Origin: a virus
Lineage: Duplodnaviria; Caudoviricetes
Direction: 5' to 3' (one strand)
Length of the DNA stretch: 63,550 nucleotides
Virus record (IMG/VR): IMGVR_UViG_3300038856_000075
Span: 1 to 63,550 of that record
Part shown: positions 9,334-17,706 of the stretch, piece after piece
Layout of the letters: each line of letters opens with the position of its first letter
How positions within the stretch are numbered: position 1 is the first letter of the stretch
Translations under genes and position numbers: made by a program
Notes under the pieces: generated by a model
The model's input: only the letters and a program-made list of their open reading frames with translations
Told to the model about the DNA's origin: nothing
Database searches by the model: none

Positions 9334-9798
9334 TTATTCGACCGCGTGCCCGATGGGCTCGTGTCGATCGTTCATCCCCTGCGCCTCGCGCCAATCGGCG
9401 TAGCTCGCCAAAGCCCGCGCGGCGTTGTCCGCCTCGACCGCCTTGCTGTGCTTGAGGTTCGACGCTTCGCGTAGCTCGAGCACCGACATGGCGTGGATGT
9501 ACCGGAACCGGCCGTCGGCGAGTCTCGCGGCGCGCGGCAGGTGGTCCACCAAGTCCGCAGGGAAAAGATAGTCCTCCGTCGTCTGCGTGGGCTTGATCGA
9601 GCGGCGCTTTAGGAGCTGCCGGATTTCCGCTGACAATCCTTGGACCGCGTAGTACCGCACGGTGGGGTGTACGTCGAAGATCGCGAACTGGGTGACGACC
9701 CGCGCGGCGATTGTCGGCGCCGTGATGCCTGACGTTAGACCGCGATGGATCTCGGCCTCGATGGCCTGACGCACGGTTTCAATTTGTTTGGGGTTCAT
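9334..9798 (-). CDS. Hypothetical protein
   Basis: ORF with GGAGA RBS in a tightly packed operon. Confidence 0.65.
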   Translation of the reverse strand: MNPKQIETVRQAIEAEIHRGLTSGITAPTIAARVVTQFAIFDVHPTVRYYAVQGLSAEIRQLLKRRSIKPTQTTEDYLFPADLVDHLPRAARLADGRFRYIHAMSVLELREASNLKHSKAVEADNAARALASYADWREAQGMNDRHEPIGHAVE

Positions 9799-10480
9799 CG
9801 ATATCTCCAATCAGGGCTTCGTAGGTCGACCAGAACGCCGCGCACGTCTTGATCGAGTCGACCAAGTGCGGGCGGAACGTGGAATCGCAATCGGCAATGA
9901 CCTTGTGCGGGTCGTTGTCGAGGAGGCCGCTGCTCTTGAGCTCGCGTCCGAGCGCGATCATTTCGAGGTAGGCCTTCAGCGGCGGCTTCTTCGGCTTCGG
10001 GTCGCGGCCGTCGGCTGCCGCCTCGTCGGCGAGCATCTGCTTGACGGCATCGAGCACGCCGGCGGTGGTGATCTCCTCGCCATTCGACTTCTTGTGCTCG
10101 ATGTGCATCTCGAACTGGTCTTCGGGCAGCGAGGCGATTTGTTGGTAGCGCGACGATTGGTCCTTGGTGACGCCGATCTCGGCGAGGGTGGGTGGAATCG
10201 CAACGGTCGCATCGTCCGACCGTTGCTGGTATTGGCCTGGACCCTGCTTCTCCAGCTTCTCTAGCTCCTCCCCCATCCGCCGCTCGGCGCGCAGCCTGAT
10301 CTCGGCGCACCGGTTTTGCGCCTCGACGCCCGCGTTGATGCGTTTGGCGAACTGCCGGTACATCTCGGCTTGGTCGCGCACCGAGGCGACCTCCTCGAAG
10401 GTGGCCGCGACGTCGATCGCGCGCTTCGCCCTGTCGCAAAGCTCGGGGAGATTCTCCGCGCTGAGCGGCGTTTCGTTCAT
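9779..10480 (-). CDS. Conserved phage protein, helical/HTH-like
   Basis: AEIRLRAERRMGE...TLAEIGVTKDQSSRYQQIA pattern, familiar from N-termini of phage MTases. Confidence 0.7.
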   Translation of the reverse strand: MNETPLSAENLPELCDRAKRAIDVAATFEEVASVRDQAEMYRQFAKRINAGVEAQNRCAEIRLRAERRMGEELEKLEKQGPGQYQQRSDDATVAIPPTLAEIGVTKDQSSRYQQIASLPEDQFEMHIEHKKSNGEEITTAGVLDAVKQMLADEAAADGRDPKPKKPPLKAYLEMIALGRELKSSGLLDNDPHKVIADCDSTFRPHLVDSIKTCAAFWSTYEALIGDIDEPQTN

Positions 10481-10791
10481 TCAGCCGCCTCGGCCGCCTT
10501 GATCCAGTCGAGCTGGCCGCCGACGCCCAGCGCCTCGAAGCACTCGCGCATCGTGTCCAGCATCGTGTCGCGGTCATCGCCCTCGAGCTTGTACAGGCGG
10601 TACGCGACGTTGAAATCCGACAGCTTGAGCCCGAGCTTCCCCTTGACGACCTCGTTCTTGAGGTTGCGCCGGTCTTCCTGCAACGCGGAGATCTCGCCTT
10701 CCAGGTTTTCGAGGCGGCGGCACACGTCCTGGATCGCCGCGGCCCGATCAGGCTGGTTGTGGAGCGCGGTGACGGTGGATTGGTCGTTCAT
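10477..10791 (-). CDS. GapR/DUF2312-like nucleoid-associated protein
   Basis: RLENLEGEISALQEDRRNL...K..G.....F....RL.K......D...ALG pattern. Confidence 0.7.
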   Translation of the reverse strand: MNDQSTVTALHNQPDRAAAIQDVCRRLENLEGEISALQEDRRNLKNEVVKGKLGLKLSDFNVAYRLYKLEGDDRDTMLDTMRECFEALGVGGQLDWIKAAEAAE

Positions 10792-10804
10792 GGCAGTCCT
10801 TTCC

Positions 10805-10840
10805 AAAAAAACGGGGCAGCCCACTTGATGAACTGCCCCG
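10805..10840 (-). terminator. Rho-independent terminator inside leftward operon
   Basis: CGGGGCAG/CTGCCCCG 8-bp stem followed by 7 T on minus strand. Confidence 0.75.
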
Positions 10841-10975
10841 CTGAGTCAAGGGAGGCAGGATCGGCCAACGTGACAGGGAGCCGACCCAATGGCGCGTGAG
10901 CCCGCGCCGGGGCATCCGGCCGGTGGGCCGAATTCAGTTTAGCCGATAGGGAATCGCGACCCAACCGCAACGTGT

Positions 10976-11779
10976 TCATGCGGCCTCCGATCGCGGATGC
11001 CATGCCTTCGCGACGTGCCTGCTCAATGGCAGCGGGATTTTGGCGATCATCGCGCTGGCGAACTTGCGGGCGGGGGACTTGCTGCTGGTCATGCGGGAGA
11101 TTTTGCCGTCTCCCGCGAACCATTCGCGTCCAGAGCCGCGCTGTTTGATGCCCTCGTGTTCGGCGGGATTGGTCCAATGACCCTTGGTGCGGTGCGGCAC
11201 ACCCTTGATGCCGCCCATCGCCTGCCCGCCCGCAAGTTCGCCAGCACGATGCGCAATTCCTTGTTTCATGGCGCCGCGCTTGACCACGGGCGGCATCAGC
11301 GCCGGTACGTCACCCCACAGGTGATAGCTGCCGAAATTCCACCGCGACCGCCCAACCCACGGAATCGCGCCGCGCACGTTCTCGACCACCAATGGAATAT
11401 GCCGCCCCGCCGCCTCGCACGCCTCGCGCTTGAGGCGGAAACAGGCGTCGAACAGGGCGGTTTCTTGTTTCATCCGACCGGGATCGGCCCGGACTTCGGC
11501 GGCGAGCGCCTTGGCCTTCGACCACGGCATGGCGGTGTACGAGAAGAACTGGCACGGCGGCGACGCGACGATCAGATCCACGTTCCTGAGCTGCGAGCCG
11601 TGAAGCGTGAGAACGTCCTGGATCACGAGATGAACATGCTCGGGTCGAGGCACTCCGAACTGACCGCACATGTCCTCCAGATCGACCCCCACAACATCAT
11701 AGCCTTCAACCACAAGACCTTCTGACCAGCCGAAAAGCCCACAGAACAGATCGATGGCGAGGGGCTTGCCGGCGTCCAT
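10976..11779 (-). CDS. C5 cytosine DNA methyltransferase (second copy)
   Basis: IDLFCGLFGW, ASPPCQ, VENVRGA. Confidence 0.88.
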   Translation of the reverse strand: MDAGKPLAIDLFCGLFGWSEGLVVEGYDVVGVDLEDMCGQFGVPRPEHVHLVIQDVLTLHGSQLRNVDLIVASPPCQFFSYTAMPWSKAKALAAEVRADPGRMKQETALFDACFRLKREACEAAGRHIPLVVENVRGAIPWVGRSRWNFGSYHLWGDVPALMPPVVKRGAMKQGIAHRAGELAGGQAMGGIKGVPHRTKGHWTNPAEHEGIKQRGSGREWFAGDGKISRMTSSKSPARKFASAMIAKIPLPLSRHVAKAWHPRSEAA

Positions 11780-11890
11780 CTACAAGCCCACCATGAAATA
11801 CCGGGCAACCACGACCACCGCGCCGGCGAACAGCCCGCCCATGGCGGCGGACGCGGCCAGATCGGCGAAGTTGGCGCGGAGCCAGCGCAT
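11780..11890 (-). CDS. Small membrane peptide (36 aa)
   Basis: MRWLRANFADLAASAAMGGLFAGAVVVVARYFMVGL; TAG-ATG abutting the MTase gene. Confidence 0.6.
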   Translation of the reverse strand: MRWLRANFADLAASAAMGGLFAGAVVVVARYFMVGL

Positions 11891-12187
11891 TCAGATGTCT
11901 TCCGATTGTGCGGCGGCGTAACGGATTCCCATGATGAGATTGGAGAGCCCCGCCGTTTCCGGTTGGTGAGAGAATTCGTTGAGCGTCTTCTCGAAAACAT
12001 CCGCCAGCCGCCGTGCTTCCGCCGCAGTGAAGGCATGTATGTCGTCATCGATGGCAATCGCGATGGCGGGTGTGCCTTCGACGGTGCCGACGCGAAACTC
12101 GATATCGGCGTCGTCATCTGCGGCGGTGTATGCAAAGATGAACGCCCTTATTCGAGTCATGGTGTCGGCAACCGCGATAAGGTCCAT
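11891..12187 (-). CDS. Hypothetical protein
   Basis: 98-aa ORF, GGAGG RBS. Confidence 0.65.
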   Translation of the reverse strand: MDLIAVADTMTRIRAFIFAYTAADDDADIEFRVGTVEGTPAIAIAIDDDIHAFTAAEARRLADVFEKTLNEFSHQPETAGLSNLIMGIRYAAAQSEDI

Positions 12188-12307
12188 CTACCCTCCCCAC
12201 ACCCAGACGGTGAGCGCCCACAGCGCGGCCCCGGCATAGCCGCCGGCAGCAGCCATCACGATGAGGACGGCCAGGGCGTCCCAGTTCTGCTTGAGCCAGG
12301 CGCGCAT
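12188..12307 (-). CDS. Small membrane peptide (39 aa)
   Basis: MRAWLKQNWDALAVLIVMAAAGGYAGAALWALTVWVWGG; GGAGG RBS; TAG-ATG junctions. Confidence 0.6.
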   Translation of the reverse strand: MRAWLKQNWDALAVLIVMAAAGGYAGAALWALTVWVWGG

Positions 12308-12385
12308 CTAAGCCCCTCCCCACAGCATCGCCACCGCCACCAGCAGCCCGGCCAGCATGAACAGGTTGGTGCAGAGGCGGGTCAT
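12308..12385 (-). CDS. Small membrane peptide (25 aa)
   Basis: MTRLCTNLFMLAGLLVAVAMLWGGA; ATGA overlap with the Cro-like gene. Confidence 0.5.
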   Translation of the reverse strand: MTRLCTNLFMLAGLLVAVAMLWGGA

Positions 12386-12579
12386 TGGGCTGCTTCCGTT
12401 TCAGGCGGCAGGGCGGCCAGCGCGCGTTCGTAGGTTGTGACTGAAGGCGTCATCTCACCTGACCGCCACCGATACCAAGTCGCGCGATCGATCTGAACGC
12501 GCCGACAAAAATCCTCGACCGTAACTCCGGCGGATTTCAGCCGTTTTTCCCAGTCCAGGACTCGATTTTGAATGCTCAT
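12382..12579 (-). CDS. Cro-like XRE HTH regulator
   Basis: 65 aa, GVTVEDFCRRVQIDRATWYRWRSGEMTP; first gene of the leftward arm. Confidence 0.85.
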   Translation of the reverse strand: MSIQNRVLDWEKRLKSAGVTVEDFCRRVQIDRATWYRWRSGEMTPSVTTYERALAALPPETEAAQ

Positions 12580-12682
12580 GGAACATAGCCTACAAAAAAA
12601 ATCGCGATCCCGCAACACTTTTTTATTGACGCGTTGTTGCGGATATGCGATATATAAGCCGTCACCTACACGGAGGACGGCC
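12580..12682. promoter_or_regulatory. Divergent promoter/operator region
   Basis: AT-rich; TTGACG (12626-12631) with GATATA/TATAAG 17-21 bp downstream; inverted repeat CCGCAACA (12610-12617)/TGTTGCGG (12635-12642) flanks the -35. Confidence 0.7.
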
Positions 12683-13690
12683 TTGACCTCGATCGACGCC
12701 AACACCCCGGAGCTGCAAGCGCATCCCGCCGCCGCCGTCTTCCCGCAGATCAACGGGCCGGACTTCGACGCCTTGTGCGCCGACATCGACAGGCACGGAT
12801 TGGTGGAGCCGATCGTCCTCCATGACGGGATGATCCTGGACGGGCGCAACCGCTACCGCGCCTGCCGGGCGCTCGGCATCGATCCGGTCTTTGTCGAATG
12901 GAACGGGGCCGGTACGCCGGAGGCGTTCGTGATCTCGCGGAACATCGTGCGCCGGCATCTGTCGACCGACCAGCGGAAGGAATGCGCCAGGATGCTTTTG
13001 AAGAACAACCCGGACGCCAGCGCCAGGGCGGTGGGAAAAGCGACAAACCTGTCTCCTACTACCGTCTTGGACATCATGAAAGAGAATGAAAACAACGAGA
13101 TAAGCGAGAGTGTCCAAAATGGACACCCCGGCGACCAGCCCGCTCCCGTCCCCCGCCCCGGCACCGTCGATATCAAGAGCGAGAGGGGCAAGCACGGCAT
13201 CGTCACGCCGGACGGCGTTTCGGTCGAGCAATGGGTCAGGGCCGGGATGGCGCTGCATGACGAGGGCGAGAACAGCGAGTCGGTTGCCAAGAAGCTCGGC
13301 ATTGGCGTGCAATCTTACCGCAACGCCCGCTATGTCGTTCTTCTCGCCGACCGGCGCGACCTGTCGGCAGATGAGCGCGGAATAGCCGCTGATGCGCTGA
13401 CCGCGCTGAACGAGGCGCGGTTGCCGGGGCCAGCGTTCGCAAAAGTCTCGCCGATTGTCGACCGCATCTGGGGTCTCGATTCCAAAGCCCAGCCGCAGAA
13501 GACCGAGAAGAAGCGCGCCGAGCATTTCGATAACGCCATCGGCGCGGCCGTCCAGGCGTGCATAGCGGTCGAGGACGTGCGCCTTCCCGACATGGATTGT
13601 GAACAGCGAGAAGCGGCGATCGCCGACCTCAAGACCGCTCAAGCGGCGCTGCGGCGTCTGTGCAAACGACTAAAGGAAGTCGATCAATGA
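12683..13690 (+). CDS. ParB/Srx N-terminal domain protein with HTH
   Basis: HPAAAVFP...GLVEPIVLHDGMILDGRNRYRAC...NIVRRHL; TTG start after GGAGG. Confidence 0.85.
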   Translation: MTSIDANTPELQAHPAAAVFPQINGPDFDALCADIDRHGLVEPIVLHDGMILDGRNRYRACRALGIDPVFVEWNGAGTPEAFVISRNIVRRHLSTDQRKECARMLLKNNPDASARAVGKATNLSPTTVLDIMKENENNEISESVQNGHPGDQPAPVPRPGTVDIKSERGKHGIVTPDGVSVEQWVRAGMALHDEGENSESVAKKLGIGVQSYRNARYVVLLADRRDLSADERGIAADALTALNEARLPGPAFAKVSPIVDRIWGLDSKAQPQKTEKKRAEHFDNAIGAAVQACIAVEDVRLPDMDCEQREAAIADLKTAQAALRRLCKRLKEVDQ

Positions 13691-14478
13691 GCATCACCAA
13701 ATCGGACCACCCGGTTCAATGGATCAAAGTGGGCAGCGTTTCCGTGGTGTGGGCGGCGGCTCAGCGCGACTACAACGAAAAGGCCGCGCTCAGGATAGCA
13801 GATGAGTTCGACCCCGATATGTTCGGGGTGATCACCGTAACCCTGCCGAATGGACACGGCCTTTATCACTGCATCGACGGGCAGCATCGGGTCGGCGCCG
13901 TCCGGCATCTTTGGGGCGAGAACGAGCTTGTGCCCTGTACCGTGCTGAACGTGACCGATCCGGCCCGCGCCGCGGCGATCTTCGACAAGATGAATTCGGT
14001 TCGCTCCAAGCCGCAGCCGGTCGAGTTGTTCAAAGTCCGCGTGACCGCCGGATACGAGGGAGAAGTCGCTGTTGATGGGCTGGTCCGCGATCTCGGCTAT
14101 CGCATTTCCCAGTCAACGGATGACGGAACGATCCGCGCGGCGGCGGCGTGCATGCTGGTTTACCACCGCCACGGTCTCGACACCCTGCGCCAAGCATTGC
14201 TGCTGATCTATGGCTGCTGGGGGTTCGACCGCAACGGCACCGACGCCGGTCTCATCAAAGGCTTTTCCGAGTTCGTGGCCGAGTTCGGCAAGGGAATCGA
14301 CGGCCAGCGGGTCGTTGATCGAGTCAGCAAGAAGTACACCCCAGGCCGTCTTCTTGGCGCAGCCAAATCGGCGGCGGCCGTCAACCGAAAGGCGATCGGC
14401 GTAAATGTCTCCGATCTTCTGTTCGCGACTTACAACCTCGGTCGCGGCAAAAAGCTGGAACCCGGCCGCGCCAGCTAG
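13687..14478 (+). CDS. DGQHR-motif ParB-fold protein (DUF6551-like)
   Basis: AQRDY...IADEFDPDMFGVITV...CIDGQHR...AAIFDKMN. Confidence 0.8.
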   Translation: MSITKSDHPVQWIKVGSVSVVWAAAQRDYNEKAALRIADEFDPDMFGVITVTLPNGHGLYHCIDGQHRVGAVRHLWGENELVPCTVLNVTDPARAAAIFDKMNSVRSKPQPVELFKVRVTAGYEGEVAVDGLVRDLGYRISQSTDDGTIRAAAACMLVYHRHGLDTLRQALLLIYGCWGFDRNGTDAGLIKGFSEFVAEFGKGIDGQRVVDRVSKKYTPGRLLGAAKSAAAVNRKAIGVNVSDLLFATYNLGRGKKLEPGRAS

Positions 14479-14513
14479 CCCCCGCGCATTAGACACCGCA
14501 ATGGAGCGAGACG

Positions 14514-14870
14514 ATGACCACCGGCAAGACAAATCTGGAATACCGCGCCGTTCGAAACGACAGCTTTACCCGCAACGACCTTCCCCATGTTTACTTCCAC
14601 AATCGGATCGCCCCGGCCGACGAAGCCAAATTCGCCATGGCCATACTTGAGCGCTGGGCGATGGTACAGGGCCAGCCGGACGGCGAGGACAGCGCGGGGC
14701 GAGCCAAGATTTCACTGACGCCCGTCGAGGATGCGGTGCGCCGCGCTTGTGATTTGTCTCAGCGGGCATTCGAGGTCTTCCGCGAGCGGAACTGGCTGGT
14801 GGATATACCCAGCCTTGACGAACTGGAAGCGGAAATCAAAGACCGCGAGGACCGCGCCGAAAACAAGTGA
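14514..14870 (+). CDS. Hypothetical protein
   Basis: 118-aa ORF between repeat copies 1 and 2. Confidence 0.75.
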   Translation: MTTGKTNLEYRAVRNDSFTRNDLPHVYFHNRIAPADEAKFAMAILERWAMVQGQPDGEDSAGRAKISLTPVEDAVRRACDLSQRAFEVFRERNWLVDIPSLDELEAEIKDREDRAENK

Positions 14871-14931
14871 GGCAAAGCCCGGCACCGACGCCAGCTAGCC
14901 CCCGCGCATCTGACTCGAGAGAACCGAGACG

Positions 14932-15495
14932 ATGATCCAAGCACAACTCAACAAAATCCTCGCGGCGCACCGGCAATGGTTGCGTGGGGAGGGTGGCCAC
15001 TGGGCGGACCTGACCGGGGCGATCCTGCGCGGGGCGAACTTGACCGGGGCGAACCTGCGCGGGGCGGACCTGCGCGGGGCGGACCTGAGCCAGGCGAACC
15101 TGACCGAGGCGAACCTGAGCGGGGCGAACCTGAGCGGGGCGAACCTGAGCGGGGCGAACCTGAGCGGGGCGAACCTGAGCGGGGCGACAGGTCTTCCGGT
15201 GGTGCCGGTGGTGCCCGACATCGACGCCACGATTTTGCGTCGACTGAAAGAAGGCGGCACGCTCGAAATGCACAGATGGCACGGCCCCGACGACCACTGG
15301 TGCGGCACGACGCACTGCCGCGCCGGCTGGGCAATCCACGAGGCGGGCGAGGCCGGGCATGAGCTTGAAGAGAAATACGGACCCGCCACTGCCGGCGCGC
15401 TGATCTACGCGGCGTCCAGGCCCGGCAAGCCGGTGCCCAATTTCTACGCGACGGAAGAGGCCGCGCTGGCCAGCTTGCGCGCCGACGCCAGCTAG
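14932..15495 (+). CDS. Pentapeptide repeat protein with C-terminal CGTTHCxAGW domain
   Basis: A(N/D)LxG repeats; 15-nt unit GGGGCGAACCTGAGC exact x4 at 15121-15180. Confidence 0.9.
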   Translation: MIQAQLNKILAAHRQWLRGEGGHWADLTGAILRGANLTGANLRGADLRGADLSQANLTEANLSGANLSGANLSGANLSGANLSGATGLPVVPVVPDIDATILRRLKEGGTLEMHRWHGPDDHWCGTTHCRAGWAIHEAGEAGHELEEKYGPATAGALIYAASRPGKPVPNFYATEEAALASLRADAS

Positions 15496-15530
15496 GCCCC
15501 GCGTATCTGACACCGCAATGGAGAGAGACG

Positions 15531-15851
15531 ATGGGCAATAGCGCTACAGGTTCATACCAAACCACCGATCAAGCCGTGATGAGGGCTTTCGATAGCCTCC
15601 CGGCGGCGGCGCGCGAAGCCCTCAGAAACTCGATTGAAAATTGGGTGCCGCAGCCACTCGCGGCTCGGTGGAGGAAGGGACAATCCACGCCGACTGAACT
15701 GGTAAGTTTCGTTGTGAACTGGGACAAAAAGGAAATGGCGGCCCGCGAAGATCAGCGGCGCCGCGCTATTGGCCCGTACAAGGGCAACCAGCGTGATCCT
15801 GATTACACATCGTCAAAGACGCGCCCCAAGGCCCCGAGGAGAAACATCTGA
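15531..15851 (+). CDS. Hypothetical protein (DUF6525-like)
   Basis: MRAFDSLPAAAREAL...W motif. Confidence 0.7.
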   Translation: MGNSATGSYQTTDQAVMRAFDSLPAAAREALRNSIENWVPQPLAARWRKGQSTPTELVSFVVNWDKKEMAAREDQRRRAIGPYKGNQRDPDYTSSKTRPKAPRRNI

Positions 15852-16111
15852 TGTTCGACAATACCCCCATTCAAGACCCCTACTCCCTGGACACGTTCAT
15901 TGCGTGGCTGGAAACGATGCCTGCCGAGGGTGAGTACAACTATTGGGACTGCGGCGACTGCCTTGTCGGGCAGTACGCGACTGCCTTGGGTATTCCTGAC
16001 AGTTGGTTTGACATCCACAGCGCCAATCATAGTCAATTCGGACTAATCGCCGCGTTATCTCCCTGCACCTTCGGCTCGGCCCTGGAACGCGCCAAGGCAA
16101 TGAGGGGCTGA
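15851..16111 (+). CDS. Hypothetical protein
   Basis: FIAWLETMP...YNYWDCGDCLVGQY...TFGSALERA. Confidence 0.7.
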   Translation: MFDNTPIQDPYSLDTFIAWLETMPAEGEYNYWDCGDCLVGQYATALGIPDSWFDIHSANHSQFGLIAALSPCTFGSALERAKAMRG

Positions 16112-16113
16112 CG

Positions 16114-16332
16114 ATGGCCACGATCCAGCAATACGAGGTCCAGTCTATCCGCCTCGACAGCGACCGCGCCGAGTGCTTCGCGGTGATGGACAAGATTCAC
16201 GAGTTGCAGGAGTACATCGTCCGCCGCCAGGCATGGCTGTACGACGCCGACCTGGGCGATGTCCTGAACGGTTTGGCCGATACCATTTCGGACGTGCCGT
16301 TCTTTGATGAGTGGCGGCGGGAGCGGGGATAA
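16114..16332 (+). CDS. Hypothetical protein
   Basis: 72-aa ORF with RBS. Confidence 0.6.
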   Translation: MATIQQYEVQSIRLDSDRAECFAVMDKIHELQEYIVRRQAWLYDADLGDVLNGLADTISDVPFFDEWRRERG

Positions 16333-16337
16333 AGTCT

Positions 16338-16760
16338 ATGTCACGCTCGGGATACAGCGACGATTGTGATGGTTGGGGATTGATCTGTTGGCGCGGCGCC
16401 GTCAAGAGCGCGCTACGTGGGAAGCGCGGACAAGAATTTCTGCGCGAGTTGATCGGGGCGCTTGATGCGCTCCCAGAGAAGCGCTTGATCGCCGATGCAA
16501 TCGAACACAATGGCGAGGTCTGTGCAATTGGCGCGGTGGGGAGAGCGCGCGCCATGAAGATGGATAATCTCGATCCATACGATCATGAAAGTCTCGCGAA
16601 CTCCTTCGGCATCGCTAATGCCATGGCATGCGAACTGTTCTGGATCAATGACGAGGCTGCCTCTTGGAAAGAGGCGCCGGAAAAGCGATTTCTCCGTGTC
16701 CGAGAATGGGCCATCGAAAATCTTAATACAGATGCCGCCGCCGCCAAAGGGGGTGAGTGA
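16338..16760 (+). CDS. Conserved phage protein (MSRSGYSDD family)
   Basis: MSRSGYSDD...WRGAVKSALRGKRGQEFLREL...LDALPEKRLI. Confidence 0.8.
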   Translation: MSRSGYSDDCDGWGLICWRGAVKSALRGKRGQEFLRELIGALDALPEKRLIADAIEHNGEVCAIGAVGRARAMKMDNLDPYDHESLANSFGIANAMACELFWINDEAASWKEAPEKRFLRVREWAIENLNTDAAAAKGGE

Positions 16761-16962
16761 TGGATAAGGACGGTGGCCCCATTTGCGGGCAGCAAACGTG
16801 CGACGAGTCCGCCACACATCGTGTTTTCTGGCCAGGTCGCGATCCGATTAACGCATGTTTAAATTGCGCGGACAAGGCAAAAGGAATTTCTGCCGCGATG
16901 GGGTTTCATCTGGTTGTTGAACCGCTCGCCGAGCGCGAGAAACAGCGAGGGGGTGAGTGATG
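16748..16962 (+). repeat. 15-bp direct repeat pair (16748-16762, 16948-16962)
   Basis: AGGGGGTGAGTGATG exact; both upstream proteins end GGE. Confidence 0.8.
16757..16960 (+). CDS. Small Cys-rich hypothetical protein
   Basis: CGQQTC...CLNC; bounded by the 15-bp repeats. Confidence 0.65.
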   Translation: MMDKDGGPICGQQTCDESATHRVFWPGRDPINACLNCADKAKGISAAMGFHLVVEPLAEREKQRGGE

Positions 16963-17259
16963 CCGGATATTGAATTCACTCAATACCTGATGCCGGATGG
17001 CCGCAAGAAAACGGTCAACATCGACCGGCCTCACGCCGTTGCCGCCAAGGCCGGCGAGCTTTTGAGCCTCGGCTATCGCTTCGAATGCGAAATGCTAGGC
17101 GACTACACCACGATCAGCCTCACCATCGTTCATGACGATCATGAAGACGGTGATGTTGCTATCGAGGTTATTCAGAATGGGCCGGACGTACCTGAGGCGG
17201 TGGACCGAATGATCATGTCCTTCGACCCTGCTTCTATAACGTTGATGGAGGACACCTGA
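16957..17259 (+). CDS. Hypothetical protein
   Basis: IEFTQYLMPDGR...RFECEML. Confidence 0.7.
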   Translation: MMPDIEFTQYLMPDGRKKTVNIDRPHAVAAKAGELLSLGYRFECEMLGDYTTISLTIVHDDHEDGDVAIEVIQNGPDVPEAVDRMIMSFDPASITLMEDT

Positions 17260-17465
17260 TGCCCCGCATTTGCTACGCCTGCGAACGTCCAATTTACGAG
17301 TGCATGGGTTCGGTCGCGGCCAGAGACATCGTTGATGAACGGCGACCGCCACGGGAGCGGTGCAGTCTCTGTGTGGCGCGCGAGTCCGTCCACCCGAGTT
17401 TTAAGCCTCAATACCTTTACGGTCCGTGGCGCGGCCACAACGACCCGACACCGTGGAGTTGGTGA
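17259..17465 (+). CDS. Small Zn-finger-like protein
   Basis: CYAC...CSLC, TGATG coupling. Confidence 0.6.
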   Translation: MPRICYACERPIYECMGSVAARDIVDERRPPRERCSLCVARESVHPSFKPQYLYGPWRGHNDPTPWSW

Positions 17466-17466
17466 T

Positions 17467-17706
17467 ATGCCGATGTGCCGCCAGCCCTTGGGCTTCCTGC
17501 TGCACCCCGGCGAGCGCGTCAAGGTCGGCGATTGCGGCATGGGCACGGTCCAGCGCGACCCAGGCCCGGCCTCGCATACGGTGGACGTGTTCATAGACGA
17601 CTTGGGCCAGACCGTGCCGGTGGCAAGGGTGCTGCTCAGGATATCGACGTTACGTCTGGCAATAGACAACACCAGCGGCGATGCGCCGTGCGATGTGGAG
17701 AAGTGA
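17467..17706 (+). CDS. Hypothetical SH3-like protein
   Basis: LHPGERVKVGDCGMGTV; ends SGDAPCDVEK. Confidence 0.55.
   Translation: MPMCRQPLGFLLHPGERVKVGDCGMGTVQRDPGPASHTVDVFIDDLGQTVPVARVLLRISTLRLAIDNTSGDAPCDVEK

Larger units (their letters stand above)
14469..15533 (+). repeat. Three ~48-bp intergenic repeats (14469-14516, 14889-14934, 15486-15533)
   Basis: Consensus CGCCAGCTAG(C/G)CCCCGCG(C/T)AT(CT/TA)GACaccgcaatggagnGAGACGATG; each copy ends in the ATG of the next gene. Confidence 0.92.

Noticed and set aside
15010-15187. 15-nt tandem repeat as a non-coding element
   Set aside because: Fully explained by pentapeptide-repeat coding
14469-15533. CRISPR array or integron attC sites
   Set aside because: The spacers are whole genes of 370-550 bp, there is no cas or intI gene, and no attC-type long palindrome is evident
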